DNA of 64,000 bases from the IMG/VR virus record IMGVR_UViG_3300000295_000002, positions 1 through 64,000 of that record, one strand, 5' to 3'. The DNA is from a virus. Position numbers and translations under genes: made by a program. The first letter of the stretch is position 1; every line of letters begins with the position of its first letter. Positions 9,881-19,854 of the stretch are shown piece by piece. A model generated the notes under the pieces. It had not been told where the DNA came from. It made no database searches and worked only from the letters and a program-made list of their open reading frames with translations.

Positions 9881-10323
9881 AAGCTTATTGTATGTAATTT
9901 TGTTGTCTTTATATCATGCTGAATATGAAGTAGTGCGATATATTCATCAGAATCAGGAAAATCAAATCCAGCTTCCTCTTTTGCCCACGATTTGAAATCA
10001 GAAATTGATTTGCTCATTTCGTCTTTTGTAAGGTCGGCAGAAGAACGAAGATACTTATAGCATTCTCCTGTGAATTTATCAATCCCTTCTCTGAGGAATA
10101 TATCTTTGTTCACTACCAGCTTATAGTAATGTGTCTTAACTTCGTCTAGAGTGTAGCCGTATTGAAGCGCAAAGGCAGATAGAAGTAAATGAAGGTAGGC
10201 ATTCTGATTTAAGGAACGCCCACGCTTCTCTTTTAATTCTACCATAGCACATTTTTTCTCCAACTCGGTTACTTTTGCTCTAAACTTTTCTAGCTCAAAC
10301 ACATTTTTTAGATTGAACCACAT
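9877..10323 (-). CDS. NinB/Orf-like recombination mediator (tentative)
   Basis: KRGRSLNQNAYLHLLL resembles lambda NinB NRSLDQNRKLWACL. It sits in the recombination gene context. Confidence 0.45.
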   Translation of the reverse strand: MWFNLKNVFELEKFRAKVTELEKKCAMVELKEKRGRSLNQNAYLHLLLSAFALQYGYTLDEVKTHYYKLVVNKDIFLREGIDKFTGECYKYLRSSADLTKDEMSKSISDFKSWAKEEAGFDFPDSDEYIALLHIQHDIKTTKLHTISL

Positions 10324-10355
10324 AAGCGTTGAATGCTCGTTTGATTAACTCTACG

Positions 10356-10748
10356 CTAGAATGGTAAATCATCAGGGTCAGATGATGGAGCAGCAGATTG
10401 TGGCTGCTGCGGTTGTGCAGGTGGAGTGTAAGGTGCAGATGGTTGTGCTACCCCCGCTGGTGCTTGTGCAGTAGCTTGTTGTGACACCTTAGTAACATTC
10501 CAAGCACGAATCTGATTAAAATATCTGCCCTGATATTCATGTGCATCAATATCAAAGCTAACGTTAATAACCTCACCGAACTGAATACCAAAACTAGCAA
10601 TTCTATCCGCTCCAAAAACATCAAAAGCCATCTTCTTAGGATATTGCTCTTGTGTTTCTATTACATAGGTCTGCGATTTCCACTCACCTCTTGCAGATAC
10701 GCCGCTTCTTTCAGGTAAAACGGCAATAACTTTTCCTTGAATTTCCAT
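10356..10748 (-). CDS. single-stranded DNA-binding protein (DUF3127-like OB fold with acidic SSB tail)
   Basis: The N-terminal OB-like domain is followed by a P/Q/A-rich linker. The C-terminus DPDDLPF resembles the SSB tip DDDIPF. Confidence 0.7.
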   Translation of the reverse strand: MEIQGKVIAVLPERSGVSARGEWKSQTYVIETQEQYPKKMAFDVFGADRIASFGIQFGEVINVSFDIDAHEYQGRYFNQIRAWNVTKVSQQATAQAPAGVAQPSAPYTPPAQPQQPQSAAPSSDPDDLPF

Positions 10749-12145
10749 TATTTTTTATTTAAAGAATTTTGTAAAACCAAATCAGCCAACTCATCAAAGT
10801 AGGCAACATCCTTAATAGCGGAATCTTGTTCACCAGTAACCTTTGATGCTATAGAACCTTTCTTCATAATCAAGCTATAAAGATAACTGTCAATAGTATC
10901 AATTCCCATCAGAATCCACGATGTAACAGCATTTTTCTGTCCGTTACGATAAGCACGGCATTCACACTGAGATAAGTCTGCCATCGTCCAAGGTAGCTCC
11001 GTGAATACGACATTCGATGAAGCCGTAAGAGTTAATCCTACACCAGCAGCCTTAATGGAACAGATGATTATTCTCTTTTTCTTAGCTTGGAAAGAGTCAA
11101 TAGCCCATTGTTTCTGCTGCTGATTATCAGAGCCAGTAACGGAACATACCTCACAAGGAAACTCCTTTTTGATTGCATCAACAATATCACGATGTTCTGC
11201 AAACACAATTATCTGTTCTTCCGTATCATGTAGAAACTCGATTGTTGCTTTCATCTTTCCCTTTCCAGATATAGAACGAAGATTCATAAATTTAACTAAT
11301 GCCTTCATTCGTAGCTTTTTTCTAGCTTCATCCTCAGAGCAATTCTTATATTCAAGAAGGAATGTAAGCAAGTCTTTTTGGCAAGTATCATACTCTTCTT
11401 GTGTTTCAGAATCAAGAGCAACACTAATTGTTGTTCTTGTTAGTTCAGGCAAATCTTTGAGCACATCTTTCTTTTCTCTGCGAAAGTAACATGTTTCGTG
11501 AATCTTTTGATTAAGCTCTTCGAGATTCTCGTTTTCTCCATATCTATTACAGAACTCGCCATATCCGCCAAATTCATCAATTCTACCAAGAATAGCCAAC
11601 TGGCAAGCCATATCAGTAGCATGGTTAACCACAGGCGTACCAGTCAGCTCGTAGATATATTCCTTACCTTGGCAAATACCCATTATTATTTTTGACTGCC
11701 TTGTCGTTGGGTCTTTAACTCTTGCAGACTCATCAATAATGACCGATTTCAGAATATCGACCTCATTCCTAAAAATGAAATTTTTAAGCTTTAACGGCTT
11801 TTCTCCGAGTGATACAACGAAATATTTAGCAAGAGACTCGTAATTGCATATAACCACATCATACAAATCCATCTTAGTAAGATGATAGCCGTATGTTGCG
11901 TTTACAGAATCCGTAAGAATAAGCGGACGAAGATTTGTGAATCTCTTGATTTCACGTTCCCAATTGACTTTGAGGGCAGCAGGGCAAATAACCAAGCAAG
12001 GAGTCGCTTTTGCACGTTCAATGGCAACAATAGACTGAATCGTTTTGCCCGTTCCCATGTCATCCCCATTTATGCAACGCTTCATAGCAAGTTCCATGCG
12101 TACACCCTCTTCTTGATAATCGTATAATTTTGGTTTATCTGACAT
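10748..12145 (-). CDS. SNF2-family DEAD/H helicase
   Basis: Walker A MGTGKT, DESARVKD box and motif VI QCECRAYRNGQ. Confidence 0.85.
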   Translation of the reverse strand: MSDKPKLYDYQEEGVRMELAMKRCINGDDMGTGKTIQSIVAIERAKATPCLVICPAALKVNWEREIKRFTNLRPLILTDSVNATYGYHLTKMDLYDVVICNYESLAKYFVVSLGEKPLKLKNFIFRNEVDILKSVIIDESARVKDPTTRQSKIIMGICQGKEYIYELTGTPVVNHATDMACQLAILGRIDEFGGYGEFCNRYGENENLEELNQKIHETCYFRREKKDVLKDLPELTRTTISVALDSETQEEYDTCQKDLLTFLLEYKNCSEDEARKKLRMKALVKFMNLRSISGKGKMKATIEFLHDTEEQIIVFAEHRDIVDAIKKEFPCEVCSVTGSDNQQQKQWAIDSFQAKKKRIIICSIKAAGVGLTLTASSNVVFTELPWTMADLSQCECRAYRNGQKNAVTSWILMGIDTIDSYLYSLIMKKGSIASKVTGEQDSAIKDVAYFDELADLVLQNSLNKK

Positions 12146-12153
12146 AATAATAA

Positions 12154-12834
12154 TTATAATAAACACCACATTCTGAAAGCCCATTCAAGAGCCTTCTCTC
12201 TACCACGCAAATACAACTCGTCACCACGTTCAATCTTTTTGTAGAATACTTTCTTCTTAGTCTTTGAAACTGCAAAGATAAAGTCTTGATTTCCATATCT
12301 AGGGTCAATGCTGTGCGTCAAGTCCATATACCATGCACGGCTTCTATCCCAGTCCACGAAATCAATCTGCGCTTCAAATTGTTCTTGTGACGTAGCTGCG
12401 GTAGTCTTCAAGTCACCGCCAAACTCGCCAAGCCACCAGTCGAACTTACATCGCACAGGCAGTTCAAACTCGAAACCTTGATATTCCATCTTCATGTGTG
12501 GATTGATAAATGTTTTCTGACCGACCGCATTTTTCAAAACAAAATCAAGAAATCTGTCCTTTGTTGCTTGTTTCTTTAAAACTGCAAGTCTGTCTAATCC
12601 CCATTTCCAATCCTTCTCTGTATATTTCTCATCATCAACCGTCATAGCGTAATGATTACACTTTTCTGGTTCAGTAACGAGAGCATCAACGAGAGTACCA
12701 AGATGGAATGCCTTTTTCTTGTCTGATTCCTTAACGAAGTTAAGCTGTGGGTTAAGAGCAAACTTCAATGCGGTGAGGTCTGAGTTGGAAACCTCACCAC
12801 GTGAATAATAAGGGTCAAACGGTTGCTCTGCCAT
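12154..12834 (-). CDS. PD-(D/E)XK nuclease, RecE-like exonuclease candidate
   Basis: HLGTLVDAL ... FGGDLKTT (D...D-x-K) motifs; lies near a RecT-like gene. Confidence 0.55.
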   Translation of the reverse strand: MAEQPFDPYYSRGEVSNSDLTALKFALNPQLNFVKESDKKKAFHLGTLVDALVTEPEKCNHYAMTVDDEKYTEKDWKWGLDRLAVLKKQATKDRFLDFVLKNAVGQKTFINPHMKMEYQGFEFELPVRCKFDWWLGEFGGDLKTTAATSQEQFEAQIDFVDWDRSRAWYMDLTHSIDPRYGNQDFIFAVSKTKKKVFYKKIERGDELYLRGREKALEWAFRMWCLL

Positions 12835-12835
12835 A

Positions 12836-14305
12836 TTACTTAGCTGTTACTTCATCCTCATATTTAATATAAGGAGAAACGATATACTCTTCCTCATTGT
12901 TAGCATGTTTCTCGCAAGCCTTGCGCATAAACTCCAACCTAGAAGCAAGTTTGTCAGGTGACATAGAAGAACCCTCAATCGTCCACCACTGCTGAATAAT
13001 ATCGAGCCAAGCGTTTTTGTCAGTAACAACAAGACGTTTTGTAACCTTTATTTTCTGCTTACTTGTGTTGTCAACAGAAGTCTGAGCGAAGAGCGATTTG
13101 GCTTGTGCAGTAGCACGTTGTGCAGCGTTTTCAGTATCACGTTTCTCTTGCTCTGCTGCAAGCTTGCGTTGTTGTTCTTCCTTGGCTGCTTCATCAGCCT
13201 TACGGATAGCCTCTTCTTTAGCCTTACGTTCAGCCTCTAGTGCGGCAGCTTCGGCTTCCTTACGTTTGCGCTCCTCCTCGGCAGCTTTCAGTTCTGCCTC
13301 CTTGCGTTTGCGCTCCTCCTCGGCAGCTTTCAGTTCTGCTTCCTTGCGTTTGCGCTCCTCCTCATCTTTGATGCGTTGGATTTCTTCTTGCTTTTTGCGC
13401 TCTTCCTCGGCAGCCTTACGTGCTTCCTCTTCCTTGCGTTTGCGTTCCTCTTCTGCCTTACGTGCTTCCTCTTCCTTACGTTTGCGTTCCTCTTCTGCCT
13501 TCTTGATTTCAAGAAGTTCAGCAATCTTAGAATCAAACTTCATAAGGAGTTCGTCACGTGTAGTAGTAACAGTCTGCTTATAAGACGCAAGCAACGATGC
13601 GGAAATTTCCTTGTATGCGCCGTTCATAATATCCTTTGCGTCATTCTCCTCAATTTCAGAAGAGTATGAAGGCTTATTATTAACGAACAGATGCCCGAGG
13701 TCAAGAACATCAGAGCACTCTGTAATACGTTTCTTAACTTCATCCTTATTATCAAGGGTGAGAAGAGAGAACGTATTATTAAGTGAGTTGATAGCAGCAG
13801 AAGAATGCTCAGTAAGAAGATTGTTGAGCGTATCAATAGTATCAGTCTTCAACTTAATCTTAGCCTCCTTAATGCGCTCTTGTCGCAAGCGTTCTTGCTC
13901 TGCTTTCTTCTGCTGTTCTAGCTTGTAGGCAGCATACTCATTGCGCTTTTCCTGAATCTTATAGACAACAGAATCTGTATTCTTGGCAGAGATAAGGCTC
14001 TCCATCATCGTAAATCCTTTACGGACAATATCGAACACTTGGGTAACACCCTTACGTTTCTCCGTCATTGCTTTCTCTGTCAGTTTAGCCTTCTTGATAA
14101 ATTCAGCAGCTTTCTCGTCAAGAGCATCATTCATACCAGACGCACTAATATCAGACAGAAGAGATTCACCTGCCTGAACACATGCCTCATAAGACTTTCT
14201 GTTAGCTTGCACCGCATTTTCCGTATCGGATTTGAGCGTTGCAATCTGTCTTGTAATATTGTTTGCTTGTTGTTGTACCAACTGCAATTCTGTATTTTCA
14301 GCCAT
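12836..14305 (-). CDS. coiled-coil protein with Lys/Glu-rich tandem repeats
   Basis: 489-aa ORF with repeated AELKAAEEERKRKE and EEARKAEEERKRKE units. Confidence 0.7.
   Translation of the reverse strand: MAENTELQLVQQQANNITRQIATLKSDTENAVQANRKSYEACVQAGESLLSDISASGMNDALDEKAAEFIKKAKLTEKAMTEKRKGVTQVFDIVRKGFTMMESLISAKNTDSVVYKIQEKRNEYAAYKLEQQKKAEQERLRQERIKEAKIKLKTDTIDTLNNLLTEHSSAAINSLNNTFSLLTLDNKDEVKKRITECSDVLDLGHLFVNNKPSYSSEIEENDAKDIMNGAYKEISASLLASYKQTVTTTRDELLMKFDSKIAELLEIKKAEEERKRKEEEARKAEEERKRKEEEARKAAEEERKKQEEIQRIKDEEERKRKEAELKAAEEERKRKEAELKAAEEERKRKEAEAAALEAERKAKEEAIRKADEAAKEEQQRKLAAEQEKRDTENAAQRATAQAKSLFAQTSVDNTSKQKIKVTKRLVVTDKNAWLDIIQQWWTIEGSSMSPDKLASRLEFMRKACEKHANNEEEYIVSPYIKYEDEVTAK
13255..13500 (-). 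repeat. two families of 42-nt in-frame tandem repeats inside the CDS
   Basis: Units start at 13261, 13303 and 13345, and at 13414 and 13456, with a 42-nt period. Confidence 0.85.
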
Positions 14306-14315
14306 ACTTTATAAA

Positions 14316-15200
14316 TTAAAATGGAGAATCATCGTCAACCTTTGCCTTAACACCATTTTTCTGTGTCTCATTTTGCGAAGCACCAAAAGCCTCTTGTTGT
14401 TGCTGTTGTTGAGGTTGGCTATCAACATCAGCTTGCAACATACCACCAAGACCGACAGGTAACTTAGGATAAGTCTTAAAAGCATGCTTACAAGTCTTAG
14501 AGATAAGGAATCCTGTATCAATATCCTTGAAGTACATTTTACCATCTTTACCAGTATAACAACCGCCATATAGAGCGTTAGCCTTGTGGTCTTGACCGCC
14601 AAATTTAGCAGAATATTCACGCAATCTGTCGACACCTTCACGGTCAAGAACGAAGTAATCGTATGAGTTATTTGGAAGGATAATCTTTACGTAACAAGCA
14701 ACGATACGTGAATTTGCTGGTCGTGGATAGGTCTTCACATAATCAACAAATTTATGACCGTCACGCTCACCGAAGCGGAAATCATCGCAATCATATACCA
14801 CTACAGGGTTGTCACATCGAAGAATCTGACCAGCCCTTTGACGAAGAAGAATCTCACCATATCCTGTATATGTAATCTTAGCCGTATAAGTTGATTGTCG
14901 GGTGTTCTTGTCGTAGTTGCTATAACCCATAAGGTAACAGAGTGTTGCAGTTCCCTTTTCGAGAGACAATCCGTTAATCGCCAAGTTCATGAAGGCATCG
15001 TGAATATTCAACGATGTAGCTTTTTCGAGATAGCCCTTAAATGAGCCGTTGAGAAGCTCATTATTAAACAGAGCCTTCTGTTCTTCAAAGAACACTTCTC
15101 CACCCTCTCCGAACTTCTGATTGTACACCTCAATAAACTTATCTCTTGCCAAGTCGCAAATCTGATTATGAGGCGCTTTATTTAACTGTTCTATATCCAT
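14316..15200 (-). CDS. recT: RecT-like single-strand annealing protein with SSB-like C-terminal tail
   Basis: RecT-like blocks GLSLEKGTA..CYL.GY, GYGEILLRQRAGQI, VVYDCDDF and KHAFKTYPKL. The C-terminus is DDDSPF. Confidence 0.6.
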   Translation of the reverse strand: MDIEQLNKAPHNQICDLARDKFIEVYNQKFGEGGEVFFEEQKALFNNELLNGSFKGYLEKATSLNIHDAFMNLAINGLSLEKGTATLCYLMGYSNYDKNTRQSTYTAKITYTGYGEILLRQRAGQILRCDNPVVVYDCDDFRFGERDGHKFVDYVKTYPRPANSRIVACYVKIILPNNSYDYFVLDREGVDRLREYSAKFGGQDHKANALYGGCYTGKDGKMYFKDIDTGFLISKTCKHAFKTYPKLPVGLGGMLQADVDSQPQQQQQQEAFGASQNETQKNGVKAKVDDDSPF

Positions 15201-15217
15201 TTGTATAGATTTTAAAA

Positions 15218-15478
15218 TTAATGTACTCTATCAATATAACTAAAGTACGTCTCCACCATTACCGAGCCAGTAGATGTAGGTCTTTCGTAATAATGTGGTA
15301 TTGTACCTAACTTTCTGCCATCACCATCTTGGTAATTCAGAAAAATAGCTCTAGCCGCCACTTCTCTTGACTTGTTTGCAGTAAGTTCCATCAAGCAAGC
15401 ATGTAACTTGCGTTGATGGATTACTGCATTAGCCATTTTTGACGGCATAGACGCTATAAGTTTGTCGATTCTACTCAT
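15218..15478 (-). CDS. hypothetical protein
   Basis: ATG at 15478 overlaps the upstream stop by 8 nt. Confidence 0.45.
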   Translation of the reverse strand: MSRIDKLIASMPSKMANAVIHQRKLHACLMELTANKSREVAARAIFLNYQDGDGRKLGTIPHYYERPTSTGSVMVETYFSYIDRVH

Positions 15479-15950
15479 TCTTTTCCTCTTTATTTTTGGA
15501 AGATGGAGCGTGATGTTCGAATACATCGAAGACATGAGTTTCGTTAAGACCTACAATGTCGTAATCAATCATTATCTTCCCCATCACCTCATCAACGTAT
15601 CGAAGAGCACGTGCTAACGACTTAGCCTGAACCAAGTAAGTAACGTTAGAACGCTTCTCCTTTTCGGATTTCTCATCAATAGTGATAAACTGACACTTTG
15701 CCTTGTACCACTTATCATCATCATCCAAGTCAGAGAAGAAAATCTCGCCATAGTTAGTTTTCTTTGCGCTTGTAACGGCAGAATCGCCACTAATATAGCA
15801 ACTCATTTCATCAATGATAGATGTTTCTGCCTCGGTGCAAGAAAGCGCATCAACAACATAAAGTTCGTTGACAACTTTTTCCGAGCCATCCTCCATCGTC
15901 TTTTGGTATTTGATTTTTGTCTCATACCAAGTACTAGTTCTCGCTCTCAT
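15471..15950 (-). CDS. DUF4494-like protein (tentative)
   Basis: N-terminus TWYETKIKYQKTMEDGSEKVVNELYVVDALSCTEAE resembles, from memory, the Bacteroidota DUF4494 family. Confidence 0.45.
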   Translation of the reverse strand: MRARTSTWYETKIKYQKTMEDGSEKVVNELYVVDALSCTEAETSIIDEMSCYISGDSAVTSAKKTNYGEIFFSDLDDDDKWYKAKCQFITIDEKSEKEKRSNVTYLVQAKSLARALRYVDEVMGKIMIDYDIVGLNETHVFDVFEHHAPSSKNKEEKNE

Positions 15951-16324
15951 TACTCACCATCCTTTCCGTCTTCAGCCAAAGATGCGATTTTAGCGAAAAT
16001 TTCTTTGGCAATATCGCCTTTGATTTCGATGCATCTTACGTTGCCATCGTTATCACCGTCACCTTCACCATTGTGGAGTGTTTCATCCTCGTTCTCCAGA
16101 CGTTTGCGAAGAGCCAAATTCTCGTTGTCGTGCAACAACTGGTCGAGAATCAGTACACAATTTGTCTTCTCAATTTCTGCGTCATCACGAACAACCTCAT
16201 CAGTACTATTGATGATTTTCACCAATTCCTCGTACTCTTCCTTGGTCTCACAATTACGTGCGACACAACCGATAACCTTAAAGCGGTCAATCTCGAAAAC
16301 CAACTTAATTTTGTCTTTTGCCAT
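15950..16324 (-). CDS. acidic hypothetical protein
   Basis: ORF track. Confidence 0.55.
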   Translation of the reverse strand: MAKDKIKLVFEIDRFKVIGCVARNCETKEEYEELVKIINSTDEVVRDDAEIEKTNCVLILDQLLHDNENLALRKRLENEDETLHNGEGDGDNDGNVRCIEIKGDIAKEIFAKIASLAEDGKDGE

Positions 16325-16336
16325 AATAGCTAATAT

Positions 16337-16513
16337 TTAATTAAACAATAATAATCTTTCTCTTTCAACTCTTTTCTTTTTGCATCGCTTTACGCTAGCC
16401 TTGCAAAGTTCAGTATTATCTCTGTAATAATCTCTTTGCTTTTGCAGTCTTTCTTCACGATTTCTCATATATCTTTCGTGGTCGAGCTGGCTGCGCCTTG
16501 ATTCACTTCTCAT
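16337..16513 (-). CDS. small basic protein (58 aa)
   Basis: My own translation gives MRSESRRSQLDHERYMRNREERLQKQRDYY... Confidence 0.35.
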   Translation of the reverse strand: MRSESRRSQLDHERYMRNREERLQKQRDYYRDNTELCKASVKRCKKKRVERERLLLFN

Positions 16514-16734
16514 TTTGCTAATCTTCTTTATCCAAACCTAGCATCATTGATATTGCGCCAACGACTGCGAACATAAGAGCGGTTGCAGCAAGCGCAAACA
16601 AAATTATACTCATAACTCAAAACATTTGATTGCTTTCTTGCCGCATACTGCCTTGCTTGCGAAGTTGATTATCTCAGCAGCAAGAACAAGAACAAGCATA
16701 ACAACAAGATAGCTAATATAAAACATACCTTTCA

Positions 16735-16986
16735 TTATCCAAAAGCTTTTTTAATCTTTTCTATCTTTTCAGAATTTAATCTACGATAACAATCGAAGTA
16801 GCCAGTTACATATATGGAGAACAGATTCAAAGCTCTCATATTAAAGTAACCATCGTCACAAAAATCCAATATCTTACAAACTAACGCCCAAGGCTCATTT
16901 GGGTCTAATCCCATAATTTTCATACGCTCAAAATCGCCTTTTGTCAATGGGTCTTTCTTTAATTCTTCAATCGTTAATCTCGCCAT
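16735..16986 (-). CDS. hypothetical protein
   Basis: ATG at 16986 with GGAGGTG upstream. Confidence 0.5.
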   Translation of the reverse strand: MARLTIEELKKDPLTKGDFERMKIMGLDPNEPWALVCKILDFCDDGYFNMRALNLFSIYVTGYFDCYRRLNSEKIEKIKKAFG

Positions 16987-17243
16987 TTTACACCTCCAAT
17001 ACTTAAAAATACCGATGATAGCCGTCAAATTTCAAGAGTGCTACTATTTCTAGCAGTGTACCATTATCGTTCTTGCCCAAGGAGCACTATCATCGATTGG
17101 GCTTGTTTATGAAAAAAAATAATATCCAAAGAATAATCGGTGCAGTGCTCAGACTATTACATAGTGAACATCACGCAAGTTCCACCACACCGATTCACGT
17201 GAATTGCATATATAAGGGCAAATGAAAAGTTATATACCCATAG

Positions 17244-18016
17244 TCAAAACAGGCTCGGCTGCATCATTTCCAACTGAATGCGCTTGCAAGCCTTGTCGTA
17301 ATATTCTTTGTTAATTTCAAATCCGATGAAGTTCCGCTTCTCCCTGATGCACGCAATTGCTGTAGTGCCACTTCCCATACAGTTATCAAGAACGCACCCC
17401 CCACATTGGTATAAGTCCTAACGAGATAACGAATTAAATCCACTGGCTTCTGTGTAGGGTGAATTTTCTCTTTATCTCGTTTGAAAAATATAATATCGTT
17501 TGGAAAACGTTCTCCATTGTTGATGGTTGTAATTGGCTTGGAATGTTTGTAATCGTAATTTGTGGATGATATTCCAGTCTTATTACTTATATAAGGCTTG
17601 CAACCATGTATCATCTGAGGATTGTATATCATCGCCAAATTCTTATCTTTTACAAAACAAGCACTAGATTTAGAAAATACCAAAATATTTTCATGAATCT
17701 TCATAGGAGCAAAATTACTATTTAAGAATCCAGTAGCATTTTCTTTTTGCCATACAATTTCGTACTTAAAATCATTCAAGTTGCTACAGGCGAGCACGGC
17801 AGCAAAAGGCATTTGAGAAAACAAAATTATCGCACCGTTTTCTTTGATTATTCTGTTATAATGAGTCCAAAGGTCATTAAGAGGGATAACGCTATCCCAT
17901 TCATTCTTGGTCGTGCCATACGGCAAATCGCATATAATGCAATCCACGCTTTCGTCAGGAATCCTTTTCATTCCCACTAGGCAATCCTCATTGTATATCT
18001 TATTCAATTCTATCAT
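17244..18016 (-). pseudogene. DNA methyltransferase (DPPY-type) interrupted by a frameshift in a C6/G6 tract
   Basis: The N-terminal part has ICDLPYG and HPTQKPVDL. After the homopolymer at 17397-17402 the canonical ...VLDNCMGSGTTAIACIREKRNFIGFEINKEYY continues in another frame to a stop at 17244-17246. Confidence 0.75.
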
Positions 18017-18025
18017 GATGGTAAA

Positions 18026-18889
18026 TCAAAATAAACTTGCTTGTGTATATCGCTTTCGCTTTTCAAGCTGCGGAGATACCTCAAACATATCATTACTTAT
18101 GTATCTCTTTACATTATCTACACCTTGTGAATAGATTTGTTTCTTGATTTCAAAGCCATAAGCCTTTCTCTGCATTGATGCTGCTGCAACAATACTACTG
18201 CAACTACCTGCTGTTGGGTCGATAACGACATCATCGGGGTCTGTAAATAACCCTATCAGCTTTTTCAGAAGTGGAATAGGTTTTTGTGTCGGGTGACTAC
18301 GTGGCATACCTAAATCTCTCGGAAATTCCATACAGTTCATAACCATTTCTCCGTGATTATTAAACTTAGGCAGCTTGTCACGATAGAGTATCAGACCATA
18401 TTCACAGTTGCCAACAACCTTCATATTGGCTTTCAAGACCTGTGCAGAATAATTCTTTCTGAACACCAAAGGGATGCAACCCTTGAATCCGTACCGCTCG
18501 CCTAATTCCTTATAATAGAATTGCTGCTCCCAACCGCAAAAGATAATCATACAAGGTGCTTTACCTTTTTCTTTTGGCTCTGGTCGTAACATCTGTGAGC
18601 AAAAGTGCATAAACTCGGCAGGACGGAAATCTTTGTCAGTATCGAAAAACTCCTCACCTGCAAGTTCGCTTTCACCATTTTTGTTATCTCCATCCTTGTA
18701 CCAAGACGGATTGCTTGCGTAAGCATTAACACCGAGATTATAAGGTGGGTCAGCTAAAATTAGTTGAGCTTTCGGTATGTTATAATGCCCGAAATTCTGA
18801 AAATGTGTATTAAATACACCTATTCTATTATGAAACGTTCTGAACTCAGGTTCTATCTTTAATTCAATATCATCAACTGTATGTTTCAT
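18026..18889 (-). CDS. DNA methyltransferase (N6A/N4C, DPPY motif)
   Basis: ILADPPYNLG, SHPTQKPIPLL and VIDPTAGSCSS motifs. Confidence 0.8.
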   Translation of the reverse strand: MKHTVDDIELKIEPEFRTFHNRIGVFNTHFQNFGHYNIPKAQLILADPPYNLGVNAYASNPSWYKDGDNKNGESELAGEEFFDTDKDFRPAEFMHFCSQMLRPEPKEKGKAPCMIIFCGWEQQFYYKELGERYGFKGCIPLVFRKNYSAQVLKANMKVVGNCEYGLILYRDKLPKFNNHGEMVMNCMEFPRDLGMPRSHPTQKPIPLLKKLIGLFTDPDDVVIDPTAGSCSSIVAAASMQRKAYGFEIKKQIYSQGVDNVKRYISNDMFEVSPQLEKRKRYTQASLF

Positions 18890-19101
18890 TTTAAACTGTT
18901 TTTAAAAGGATGCTTCGTCTCCTACGTTTCTAAAGACACACCGCATGCCAAACTTACGAGAGGTTTTATTTCCTCTTGGTGCGTTTTCGATTCATACTCT
19001 TGCCCAAAGAGCAACTCCACATCCTATTCTACGACAACCTTAGTCGGCGTAGGGGCGGTTTACATAACTAACTATAAATTTTAAATAAATTATGAATGAA
19101 A

Positions 19102-19572
19102 TTAAATCTCAAAATAACTATTTCCGTCAGGTGGGTAGTCGATTATCTTCCATTCATTCTTTTTGATATGGATAGCTTCACGAAAAACCACAAACGGCTC
19201 ACCATTATGACGTTTCTTGTTGTGTGCAACAATCTTATTGATACACCCCTTGGCAGTTATTCTGAACTCCCTGAGAGAATGAGTGTACTTAGATTTCACA
19301 TCACATACAATCAACTTTTTATCTTCCCAAAATATGAAGTCTGGTTTATAGCTATGACCGCTAACCATCAGTCTTTTATCGTACCGAACCTTTGTTTTGA
19401 GTTGTTTCGGCACAATCATATAAAGGGATTTGAATATACTGAGTTTTACTTGCCTATGAATACAAGAAACTCTTTTATCAGCAAGGAGAATTTGGTGATA
19501 CAGATATTCTTCCCTACTGTCGTATTCAGTTCCGTCACGAGCCAAACACTTGTGTTGCATTACCCTAACCAT
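19102..19572 (-). CDS. DUF1064-like PD-(D/E)XK nuclease
   Basis: YDSREEYLYHQIL...YKPDFIFWEDKKLIVCDVKS pattern. Confidence 0.55.
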   Translation of the reverse strand: MVRVMQHKCLARDGTEYDSREEYLYHQILLADKRVSCIHRQVKLSIFKSLYMIVPKQLKTKVRYDKRLMVSGHSYKPDFIFWEDKKLIVCDVKSKYTHSLREFRITAKGCINKIVAHNKKRHNGEPFVVFREAIHIKKNEWKIIDYPPDGNSYFEI

Positions 19573-19574
19573 AA

Positions 19575-19835
19575 CTAATACTCCTTAGATACGTTATAAG
19601 GATTTTTCACAAGGTTAGCGTAAGCCTCGCAACCATATCTCTGAACCTCTCCAGTGGAAAACTGAACGATGTAATCGCCTGTACGTGCTATCAAGCTGCC
19701 TCTTGTGCAATTATCCTTGATTTGAACCGTTATAGATTTGCCGTCCTCGCCTACATCAACCCTTGCCAAGAATCTTAGTTTTTGGAGCTGTTTCAGGTTG
19801 TCTCGGTGAACCTTTATGCTATATATTACTTTCAT
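19575..19835 (-). CDS. hypothetical protein
   Basis: ORF track. Confidence 0.5.
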   Translation of the reverse strand: MKVIYSIKVHRDNLKQLQKLRFLARVDVGEDGKSITVQIKDNCTRGSLIARTGDYIVQFSTGEVQRYGCEAYANLVKNPYNVSKEY

Positions 19836-19854
19836 CTTTCTTTTTTTTGTTAAA

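Noticed and set aside
13255-13500. Regularly spaced 42-nt repeats as a possible CRISPR array
   Set aside because: The repeats are contiguous with no spacers, are in frame inside a CDS, and encode a repeated peptide.
13098-13928. Plus-strand ORFs (13098-13583, 13376-13669, 13611-13928) and nested minus ORFs opposite the KE-repeat gene
   Set aside because: They are Ser/Leu/Arg-rich mirror-frame artefacts of the Lys/Glu repeat coding strand. They have no start context and overlap a far longer coherent ORF.
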